64,000 nt of DNA from Gemmatimonadota bacterium. GTDB lineage: Bacteria > JBHIER01 > G020348925. Below the pieces are notes generated by a model. It saw only the letters and a list, made by a program, of their open reading frames with translations. It was not told the origin of the DNA and did not search any database. Below, piece after piece: positions 28,374 to 37,900 of this stretch (position 1 is its first letter; every line of letters begins with the position of its first letter). A program made the translations under genes and the position numbers. The stretch is taken from assembly GCA_020348925.1 (NCBI GenBank), contig CP070758.1, positions 1,834,030 through 1,898,029 on the forward strand. The letters run 5' to 3'.

Positions 28374-31300
28374 ATGGAAAACCTTGAAGATTCATATCCT
28401 CTCTCACCCATGCAACAGGGCATGCTCTTTCATAGCCTGTGTGCTCCCCATTCGGGGGTGTATGTTCAGCAATTGGTCTGCGCCTTCCGCGAGGATCTGC
28501 ATGTTTCGGCATTCAAGCAAGCGTGGGGGCGAATCGTGGAGCGGCATGCTATCCTGAGAACGAGTTTTCTTGTGGAGGACCTCAAGGCTCCCCTGCAGAG
28601 GGTCCATCGAAACGTCCCCCTTCCCATCAAAGAGCAAGACTGGCGCGGTATTTCCGGAACAGATCAGGAGAACCGACTGGAAGCCTATCTTCGGCAGGAT
28701 CGAGAGCGCGGCTTTGTGATCACCGAGGCGCCACTCCTGCGCCTGGCCCTTTTCCGATTGGCGGAGGAGAACTACCGGTTTCTCTGGACCTCTCACCACG
28801 CGTTGTTGGACGGTCGCGCTCGTCTCATAATTCTGAAGGAGCTGTTCGCCCTTTATGACGCATTCTGTCAGGATCAGGACCTGTCACTTGAGCCCACCCC
28901 TCTCTATCGGCACTACATTGATTGGCTCGGGAAGCAAGATTTTGCCAAGGCGGAGCGCTTCTGGCGGGACCGGCTCCGCGCCTTCACCGCCCCCACACCT
29001 TTGCCGAGAGACCGCTCTACTCAGGTGCCCACCAGCGATGAGGAGGACTACGGAAAACAGGAAATCCGGATTTCGGGAACGCTGCTGTCCGCCCTGCAGT
29101 CCCTGGCTCAATCGCACCAACTGACGCTCAACACCTCGGTTCAGGGGGCCTGGGCAATACTCCTGAGCCGCTATAGCGGTGAACAGGACGTGGTCTTCGG
29201 AGCCACACGAGCATGTCGGCGCTCGGCACTGGATGGGGCTGAGTCCATGGTGGGCCTTTTCATCAATACGCTCCCGGTAAGGATCCGGGTGACTCCCGGA
29301 GAGCCTCTGTTGTCATGGTTGAAGACGTTGCGTCAACAGTGGATCACCCTGCGGGACTACGAGCATACCCCCCTGTTAAAAGTACAGGAATGGAGCGAGA
29401 TACCTCCTGGGGAACCTCTATTTGAGAGCTTCCTGGTTTTTGAGAACTATCGATTGAATTCCCTCCTGCGATCGCATGGGGGAAGCTGGGCCAACCGGGA
29501 GTTTCGGCTCATGGAGAGAACGAACTACCCCCTGGCGGTGGGCGCGAGCGTCGATCAGGAGCTCTTCCTGAAGATTATCTATGACCGACGGCGCTTCGAC
29601 GAGACGGACATAATCCGGATGCTGGGACATATGAAAACCATACTTGAAGGTATGGTGGCTCATCCCCACCAGCCCCTCTCGGAATTGCCGCTCATGGGGG
29701 AGGCCGAACGACATCAGGTGCTCATTGAGTGGAATGACAGGGAGGCAGCGTATCCTCAAGACAGGTGTATCCATCAACTGTTTGAAGAATGGGCAGACCG
29801 CACACCTGACGAGATAGCCGTTGTTTTTGAAGGTCAATACATATCATATGGGGAACTCAACACCCAGGCAAACCGACTGGCCCGTTGTCTCAGACAACAC
29901 GGTGTCGGTCCTGAGACACCAGTCGGCATCTGCATGAATCGCTCATTGGATATGATTGTGGGTATCATGGCAATTCTTAAGGCCGGTGGGGCTTACGTCC
30001 CTTTGGATCCCACGTACCCGAAAGAGCGTCTGACGTTTATGTTGACAGATTCTCAGGCACTGATGGTATTGACCGAGAGAACATTGAAACAGGTATTCCC
30101 GGACCTGCACATACCGGTGCTCTATTTTGACGCCGCCACGATTCAGGAGGTCTATACGAATCCAGAGAGTGCGGTGTCGAGCGAAAACCTGGCCTATGTC
30201 ATGTATACATCAGGATCCACAGGCACACCAAAGGGGGTGATGATCTCCCATCACAATATCGTGGGTTTCCTGTACGGATACAAGCAGGTCACGTTAGATG
30301 GACCGAGACGTGTCGGCACATCAGTGGCTCCGTTCAGCTTCGACACTTCCGTGGAGGAAATTTTCTCCAATCTCTGTTTCGGCGGCACCCTTCACATCAT
30401 TCGACCGGAAAACAGCACGAATGTTGAATATTTCGCCAGGTACCTGGTTGACCACCGGATCACCACCAGCTATATCCTTCCGGATTTTCTTTCCGGGGTT
30501 GCCCATCATCTCAAGAACCTGCGGGACCGGATGAATCTCAAATGTATCACAACCGGCCTTGTGCCCAAGAAAGAGCGTGTCCTCCAAAGCATGCGCGATG
30601 TGTCCGACCTCATTCGAGTCTTGAACACCTATGGTCCCACAGAAGTGACGTACGGCGCCACGGCCTTTGAGTTCCTGTCCGCCACCGATCCTGACCACGA
30701 TGTCCCCATCGGTGTTCCATTTCCCAACTATGAAGTCTACCTGCTGGATTCCAATGGGCAACCGATTCCTGTTGGCCTGACAGGGCAACTCCTTATTGGT
30801 GGGGTCGGCCTTGCCCGGGGGTACCATAACCGCCCGGGACTGACGGCCGAAATGTTTATTCCCGATCCTTTCAGTGATGAGCCCGGCACTCGTCTCTACC
30901 GGACCGGAGATGTGGGCCGGTATCTGCCCGATGGAAACATAGAATTTCTGGGCCGCAGGGATGACCAGGTCAAGATCCGGGGATTCCGCATCGAAACAGG
31001 TGAGGTAAAGTCGGTACTTGGACAACATCCGGCAGTTGAGAAAGCCATTGTTGTGGCCAGAGAGGATCAACCCGGCGACAAGCGGTTGGTGGCCTATGTG
31101 GTTCCGAAGCGAGGGATGAATCCTACAATCAGCACAATCCGCGGTTTCCTGAAAGAAAAGATTCCACATTACATGGTGCCTTCGATTTTCATGTTTTTAG
31201 ACTCCCTGCCGCTGACGCCAAGTGGTAAACTGGACCGTCGCAGATTGCCGGCACCGGATCAAAGCCGACCGGAGCTGGGTGAGGCCTATGTGCCCCCGCG

Positions 31301-31637
31301 CACGCCCATCGAGAAGGCTGTGGCCGGGATCTGGGCTGACGTGCTTGGACTGGAGCACATCGGCGTTTATGATGATTTCTTCGAGCTGGGAGGACACTCC
31401 CTGCTGGCCATCCAGGTCGTCTCTCGACTTGGAAAAGCCTTCCAGATTCATCTCCCTTTGCGCCGTCTCTTTGAGGCTCCAACTGTGGAAAAGCTGTCAG
31501 GCTTTATCATGACCCTTGAACGCAAGTCCGGTCAAACAGAGAGGATTGCTCGCATACTGAGCAAGGTCGAGGCCATGTCCGCCGAGGATGTGAGAAGGAT
31601 GCTCCGAGAAAAGAGAAGGAAAATAGAGAACCCATGA
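28374..31637 (+). CDS. NRPS module C-A-T; C domain of DCL/starter-like type
   Basis: YPLSPMQQGMLFHSL, SHHALLDGRA, YTSGSTGTPKG, NTYGPTE, GGHSLL. Confidence 0.95.
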   Translation: MENLEDSYPLSPMQQGMLFHSLCAPHSGVYVQQLVCAFREDLHVSAFKQAWGRIVERHAILRTSFLVEDLKAPLQRVHRNVPLPIKEQDWRGISGTDQENRLEAYLRQDRERGFVITEAPLLRLALFRLAEENYRFLWTSHHALLDGRARLIILKELFALYDAFCQDQDLSLEPTPLYRHYIDWLGKQDFAKAERFWRDRLRAFTAPTPLPRDRSTQVPTSDEEDYGKQEIRISGTLLSALQSLAQSHQLTLNTSVQGAWAILLSRYSGEQDVVFGATRACRRSALDGAESMVGLFINTLPVRIRVTPGEPLLSWLKTLRQQWITLRDYEHTPLLKVQEWSEIPPGEPLFESFLVFENYRLNSLLRSHGGSWANREFRLMERTNYPLAVGASVDQELFLKIIYDRRRFDETDIIRMLGHMKTILEGMVAHPHQPLSELPLMGEAERHQVLIEWNDREAAYPQDRCIHQLFEEWADRTPDEIAVVFEGQYISYGELNTQANRLARCLRQHGVGPETPVGICMNRSLDMIVGIMAILKAGGAYVPLDPTYPKERLTFMLTDSQALMVLTERTLKQVFPDLHIPVLYFDAATIQEVYTNPESAVSSENLAYVMYTSGSTGTPKGVMISHHNIVGFLYGYKQVTLDGPRRVGTSVAPFSFDTSVEEIFSNLCFGGTLHIIRPENSTNVEYFARYLVDHRITTSYILPDFLSGVAHHLKNLRDRMNLKCITTGLVPKKERVLQSMRDVSDLIRVLNTYGPTEVTYGATAFEFLSATDPDHDVPIGVPFPNYEVYLLDSNGQPIPVGLTGQLLIGGVGLARGYHNRPGLTAEMFIPDPFSDEPGTRLYRTGDVGRYLPDGNIEFLGRRDDQVKIRGFRIETGEVKSVLGQHPAVEKAIVVAREDQPGDKRLVAYVVPKRGMNPTISTIRGFLKEKIPHYMVPSIFMFLDSLPLTPSGKLDRRRLPAPDQSRPELGEAYVPPRTPIEKAVAGIWADVLGLEHIGVYDDFFELGGHSLLAIQVVSRLGKAFQIHLPLRRLFEAPTVEKLSGFIMTLERKSGQTERIARILSKVEAMSAEDVRRMLREKRRKIENP

Positions 31638-34600
31638 TGTTTGACAAAGACGCCTCTGAGGAAACTGAAAAGCTCGAGCTCCTTGCCTTTCTCCTAAAAG
31701 AGGAGGGCATTGAATCCCCTCAGGAGCACCCTCTTATCCGGCGAGGAGATCGGGATCGGTTGCCCCTTTCCTTTGCCCAGCAGCGGCTGTGGTTTCTCGA
31801 CCAATGGGTGCCCGGCAGTTCCTTTTACAATATTCCGGCCGCCGTTCATCTCACCGGCCCCCTCGATGTGACCGCGCTGGAGCAGAGCCTCAATGAGATT
31901 GTGCGACGCCACGAAGTTCTGCGGACGACCTTTTCCCTGGTGGAGGGAAAACCGGTTCAGGTCATCGCGAAATCTATGCCTTTGCAAGTATCGATGATAG
32001 ACTTGAGGGAAATCCCAGAGGAATCACGAGAGACAGAGATCGAGCACGCAATTACCGAAGAGATACAGCGGCCCTTTGACCTGTCTCAGGGTCCACTCTT
32101 ACGAGCACGTCTGCTTCGCCTGGCTGAGAAGGAGCACATTCTGTCCCTGACGATGCACCACATCGTTTCCGATGCCTGGTCCATGGGGATATTCTATCGG
32201 GAGCTTTCCACACTGTACCGAGCTTTTACCACCGGGATGCCGTCAACGCTGCCTGAGCTTCCCATCCAGTACGCTGACTTTGCGCTTTGGCAGCGGGAAT
32301 GGCTGCAGGGGGAGAATTTGGAGGCACAGCTCTCCTATTGGAGAGAGCGGCTTGCCGTCGCACCTCCATCGCTGGAGTTACCCACAGATCGCCCCCGCCC
32401 TCCCGCGCAGACGTATCGGGGGGCACGCCAATCTCTGGTGCTGTCCAAAACATTGACGGAGGCGATCAAGGTGCTGAGCCAGCGGGAAGGGGTCACTCTG
32501 TTCATGACGTTACTGGCGGCGTTCAAAATTCTGCTCCATCGCTACACCGGGCAGGACGACATCGTCTTAGGCGGCCCCATCGCGGGTCGGAGCCGGCCAG
32601 AAATCGAAGGACTGATTGGATTCTTTGTCAACACACTCGTAATGCACACAAACATTTCGGGAAATCCCAGTTTTCGGGAGGTACTTGGTCGGGTATGCGA
32701 GGTATGTTTGGGGGCTTACGATCACCAGGATCTCCCTTTCGAGAAACTGGTCGAGGAATTGCGCCCGGAGCGAAATCTCAATCAGTCGCCATTGTTCCAG
32801 GTGATGTTCGCGTATCAGAATACTCCGAGGCAGGGCCTCGAGCTTTCAGGACTGACCGTGAATCCGTTGGAAGTCGATAGCGGAACGGCTAAGTTTGATG
32901 TAGCGCTATCCGTCGTGGAAGAACGGGAAGGACTGAAGGGGACATTCGAGTTCAATACCGATCTGTTCAACAGGGATACTATCGCCCGGATGCTGGGGCA
33001 TTTTCAAACCCTGCTGGAGGGCATCGTGACCAATCCCGAGGAACACATCTCGACATTGCCCCTGTTGACGGAAGCCCAGCAGCGTCAGGTGCTGGTAGAG
33101 TGGAACGAGACTTCGGCGGATTTCCCCAACGACAAATGCATCAATGAGTTGTTCGAAACCCAGGTGGAGCAAATCCCTGAAGTCGTGGCAATCGTTTTTG
33201 AGAACCAAAGGTTAACCTATCAACAGTTAAACCGAGAGTCCAATCGACTGGCGCACTACTTGCAAAAGTTAGGTGTTGGTCCAGATGTATTCGTAGGCAT
33301 CTGTGTGGAGCGCTCGTTGGAGATGGTTGTAGGAATCCTGGGTATCCTCAAGGCCGGTGGAGCGTATGTGCCCTTAGATCCGGCGTATCCAAAAGAACGG
33401 GTGTCCTTTATGCTGAAGGATACCCAGGCGCCGATCCTGCTGACCCGGGAGAATCTGGTCGAGGAACTCCCCGATCATGAAGCACACGTCATCTGTCTGG
33501 ATAGGGACCGGGAAACGATCGGGCGAGAGAGCGAGGAGAATCCGGGCAGCAGGGCCACAGCCGACAGCCTGGCCTATGCTATTTATACCTCGGGCTCAAC
33601 GGGTATTCCCAAGGGGGTGCTTGTGGAGCACAGGGGATTATGCAACGTCGTTGAAGCATTTATTCAAATTCACACTTTGCATCAGGGCAACCGTCTTCTC
33701 CACACCGTTTCTTTCAATTTTGATGCTGCGACGTTGCACATGTTTATGGCTTTTTGTTCGGGCGCGACTCTGTGTTTGACCGCAGGTAATTTACTTTTAT
33801 CTGGTCCCAGTCTCATTCAGACATTGTGCGAACAGGCTATTACACTTCTACCGATCCCGGCATCCGTTTTATCTGCTCTTCCCTTCAAGAAGCTTCCCTC
33901 GTTGCGAACGATCTCTGTTGGGGCGGAAGTCTGTCCACCTGAGGTGGTAGCGCGGTGGGCTCCTGGCCGGCGATTTCTCAATGTTTACGGACCGACTGAA
34001 GCGACCATCGTTGCTACCACGGCTGTATGCACCGGTGGGGACCGCAGACCACCAATCGGTCGCCCCATCGCCAACACGCAGGTCTATATTCTGGACCGCC
34101 ATCTCCAAGCAGTGCCTATCGGAGTAGCCGGTGAACTGCACATCGGTGGTGTAGGTCTTGCCGGAGGTTATCTCAATCAGCCGGACGTAACCGGGGAGAA
34201 ATTCATTCCCAATCCCTTTCGTGATGAGGCGGGTGCACGCCTTTATAAGACCGGGGACCTGGGCCGCTACCTGCCGGATGGCAATATTGAGTTTCTCGGT
34301 CGTATGGACCACCAGGTGAAGATTCGCGGTTTCCGCATCGAACTTGGAGAGATCGAGGCGGTGCTGGGACAACACCCCGCTGTTCGAGGGGTCGTTGTTC
34401 TGGCCAGAGAGGATGCGCCTGGCGACAAACGCTTAGTGGCTTATATCGTTGCTGACCAAGAGCATCGTCCCACAATCAGGGAACTGCGTGACTTCTTGAA
34501 ACAGAAGTTTCCTGACTACATGGCGCCCTCGGTCTTTGTGACGCTGGATTCCTTACCACTGACACCCAATGACAAAGTAGATCGTCGGGCACTGCCCGTG

Positions 34601-34951
34601 CCCGATCAGAAGCGCCCCGAGTTGGAGAAAGCTTTTGTTGCTCCCAGGACACCCCTGGAAAAGACAGTGGCTGGGATCTGGTCCGACATACTGGGATTGG
34701 AGAAAATTGGCGTCCACGATAATTTCTTCGAGCTGGGTGGACACTCCCTGCTGGCCACCCAGCTCGTTTCTCGCGTGCGCGATGTCTGTCAGGTCGAGCT
34801 GCCGCTACGGAGCATCTTTGAGGCGACGACCATAGCCGATCAGGCCCTGGTGGTTGAGAAACTTCTTATTACGTATGTTCGTGGATTATCCGATGAGGAA
34901 GTTATCGAACGCCTGGGTCAGCACCCATATTCGATGAATGAGAAACGATGA
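31634..34951 (+). CDS. NRPS module C-A-T
   Basis: LSFAQQRLWFL, HHIVSDAWS, YTSGSTGIPKG, NVYGPTE, GGHSLL. Confidence 0.95.
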   Translation: MMFDKDASEETEKLELLAFLLKEEGIESPQEHPLIRRGDRDRLPLSFAQQRLWFLDQWVPGSSFYNIPAAVHLTGPLDVTALEQSLNEIVRRHEVLRTTFSLVEGKPVQVIAKSMPLQVSMIDLREIPEESRETEIEHAITEEIQRPFDLSQGPLLRARLLRLAEKEHILSLTMHHIVSDAWSMGIFYRELSTLYRAFTTGMPSTLPELPIQYADFALWQREWLQGENLEAQLSYWRERLAVAPPSLELPTDRPRPPAQTYRGARQSLVLSKTLTEAIKVLSQREGVTLFMTLLAAFKILLHRYTGQDDIVLGGPIAGRSRPEIEGLIGFFVNTLVMHTNISGNPSFREVLGRVCEVCLGAYDHQDLPFEKLVEELRPERNLNQSPLFQVMFAYQNTPRQGLELSGLTVNPLEVDSGTAKFDVALSVVEEREGLKGTFEFNTDLFNRDTIARMLGHFQTLLEGIVTNPEEHISTLPLLTEAQQRQVLVEWNETSADFPNDKCINELFETQVEQIPEVVAIVFENQRLTYQQLNRESNRLAHYLQKLGVGPDVFVGICVERSLEMVVGILGILKAGGAYVPLDPAYPKERVSFMLKDTQAPILLTRENLVEELPDHEAHVICLDRDRETIGRESEENPGSRATADSLAYAIYTSGSTGIPKGVLVEHRGLCNVVEAFIQIHTLHQGNRLLHTVSFNFDAATLHMFMAFCSGATLCLTAGNLLLSGPSLIQTLCEQAITLLPIPASVLSALPFKKLPSLRTISVGAEVCPPEVVARWAPGRRFLNVYGPTEATIVATTAVCTGGDRRPPIGRPIANTQVYILDRHLQAVPIGVAGELHIGGVGLAGGYLNQPDVTGEKFIPNPFRDEAGARLYKTGDLGRYLPDGNIEFLGRMDHQVKIRGFRIELGEIEAVLGQHPAVRGVVVLAREDAPGDKRLVAYIVADQEHRPTIRELRDFLKQKFPDYMAPSVFVTLDSLPLTPNDKVDRRALPVPDQKRPELEKAFVAPRTPLEKTVAGIWSDILGLEKIGVHDNFFELGGHSLLATQLVSRVRDVCQVELPLRSIFEATTIADQALVVEKLLITYVRGLSDEEVIERLGQHPYSMNEKR

Positions 34952-37900
34952 AGAACATAGATAATCATATTGAAGGACAGCGCCTCGAGCTGTCACCGGC
35001 AAAGCGAGTTTTTCTCGAAAGGCTCATGCGGGGTGAAGGGAGGAGAGAAGACCCATCGAGCCTCATACCCAAACGGACGGAGCAGAGCCCCGCCCCCCTC
35101 TCCTTTGCTCAGCAGCGGCTGTGGTTCCTGGATCAACTGGAGCCTCATAATCCCGCGTATACTGTCCCTATTGCCATGCGTCTGAAAGGCCGGCTGAATG
35201 TGGCAGCCCTGGAGCAAAGTCTCAATGAAATTGTGAGGCGCCACGAAGTCTTGCGGACGACCTTCTCCATGGTGGCTGGACAACCGGTTCAGGTTATCGC
35301 AGCAAGTCTAAATCTACATGTAACGGTGGTGGACGTCAGGGAGTTTCCTGAAGCTGCACGAGAAACAGAAGCTGGAAAGATAATCGCTGAAGAGGTGCAG
35401 CGACGGTTCGATCTATCCCAGGATCCACTCGTACGAGTTCATCTGCTGCGTCTGGAAGAGGAGGTGCACATCCTGCTGATCATAATGCACCACATCGTCT
35501 CTGATGAGTGGTCGATGAGGATATTCTTTCAGGAGCTTTCTATACTCTATAAGGCTTTGGTTAGAGGGGAGCCGTGGTCACTTCCGGAGCTTCCGATTCA
35601 ATATGCTGACTTTGCGGTTTGGCAGCGGAAGTGGTTGCGGGGGGATTTCTTGGACACACAGCGTTCCTATTGGAGGGAGCACGTTGCTGGTATGCCGCGG
35701 GTGTTGGAGCTCCCCACCGATCGTCCACGACCAGTAGTACAGACGTATCGTGGTGGACATCACTCACTGGTGCTGTCCAGAAATGCGACGCATTTGCTGA
35801 AGAGATTGAGCCAGCAAGAAGGGGCCACGCTGTTCATGACGTTGCTCTCTGTCTTCAAGACATTGCTCTTCCACTACACGGGTCAGGAAGATATCTTTGT
35901 GGGAACTCCTGTAGCCAATCGCAGCCGGACCGAGATCGAGGGATTGATCGGATTTTTCACCAACACATTGGTCTTGCGTACCGATCTTTCCGGCAATCCC
36001 ACCTTTCGAGAATTGATGAGACGTGCACGCGAAGTATGTTTGGGAGCCTACACGCATCAGGATGTGCCTTTTGAGAAACTGGTGGAGGAGTTGAAGCCCG
36101 AACGGAATCTCAATTATTCTCCTCTGTTTCAGGTGATGTTTGTTTTCCAGGATGAGACTGCTTTTGTTCCGGAACTCCCGGGCGTGCGTGTCAGTATGAT
36201 GCAGGTTGACAGCGGGACGTCGAAGTTCGATCTGACGTTGTTCATGCAGGAGGAGGAGGGTGGGCTTCGGGCCACGGTGGAGTATTCTTCGGATCTGTTT
36301 GATGCAGCGACAATCCGAAGGATGTTGAGACATCTGGAGGTGTTGGTGGAGGGGATTGTGACTGATCCTGATCGGCGTCTTACAGAGTTGCCGTTGTTGA
36401 CGGAGGTTGAGCGGCATCGGTTGCTGGTGGAATGGAACAAGACCCAATCGGATTACCCGGCAGATGTATGCGTTCATCAGCTCTTTGAGGTACAGGCAGA
36501 GCAGAGGCCTGATGGGATTGCCGTGGTCTTTGAAGATCAGCACCTCACCTACCGGGAACTCAATGCACGGGCCAACCAACTGGCTCACTACCTCAAAGAG
36601 CGCGGCGTGGGACCCGACGTTCCAGTAGGCATTTTCGCGGGGCGTTCGTTGGACATAGTCATAGGTTTATTAGGTATCCTCAAGGCCGGTGGGGTGTATG
36701 TTCCCCTGGACCCATGCTATCCCAAAGATCGTCTGGCCTTTCAGTTACAGGATACTTGTGTACCGCATCTGTTGACTCAAAAGCGGCTGATGCCAGAGCT
36801 TCCCGAACATAATGTGAATGTAATCTGTTTGGACTCGCACTGGGACATCATTGCTCAAGAGGGTATAGATAATACTGTCAGCGGGGCCCAGCCCGAGAAT
36901 TTGATTTACATACTCTATACCTCAGGATCGACAGGACGACCCAAGGGTGTTGCCATCCCCCATGGTTCCATAGTCAACCTGATAACGTGGCAACTCCATC
37001 AGACTGACCTGCCCCAAGGTGCCAAGACGCTGCAGTACAATTCATTCAGCTTTGACGCCTGTTTCATGGATATCTTTATGAGTTGGTGCTCAGGCGACAC
37101 ATTGTTCATCGTGCCGGAACCCGTACGGCAGGACATCACTGGATTGGCGCGATTCATTGCAGATCATGGCATCGAACGACTCAATCTCCCCTTTATCGTA
37201 CTTGAGCATTTGGCTACCATGTGGGATGCTGGGGAGAAGCCGCCACAGTGCATGAGGGAGATCATCAGCACGGCTGAACAATTGCACGTAAGTCAGCCTC
37301 TCAGGAGACTATTCGCTCAATTACCCCATTGTCTCCTGTTCAATCACTACGGTCCCTCCGAGACTCACGTCGTCACCGCCTTCGCACTGACGGGACCACC
37401 GGGTAACTGGCCAGAATTTCCTGCCATAGGACGGCCCATAGCCAACACACGTACCTATATCTTGGATATAAGTTTTTGCCCTGTCCCGGTGGGGCTGCCC
37501 GGTGACCTGTACATTGGGGGTGTCAGCTTGGCTCGCGGCTATCTGGATCGGCCGGAATTGACGGCGGAGCGTTTTGTTCCGAATCCCTTCGGTGACGAGT
37601 CGGAGGCACGGATATATAAGACCGGAGACGTGGCCCGTTACTCACCGGATGGAAATATCGAGTACCTGGGCCGCATGGATCACCAGGTGAAACTCCGCGG
37701 TTTCCGCATCGAGTTGGGGGAGATCGAGGCCGTTTTGAACCAGCACTCTGGGGTGAAGGAGGCCGTGGTACTGGCCAGGGAGGGATGGGCTCAGGAGAAG
37801 CGCTTGGTCGCCTATGTTGTCCCGAATCAGACGGGAGCGCTTCTCAGCAGCGAACTGCGCGGTTTCCTGAAACAGAAGCTTCCGGAGTACATGGTGCCCT

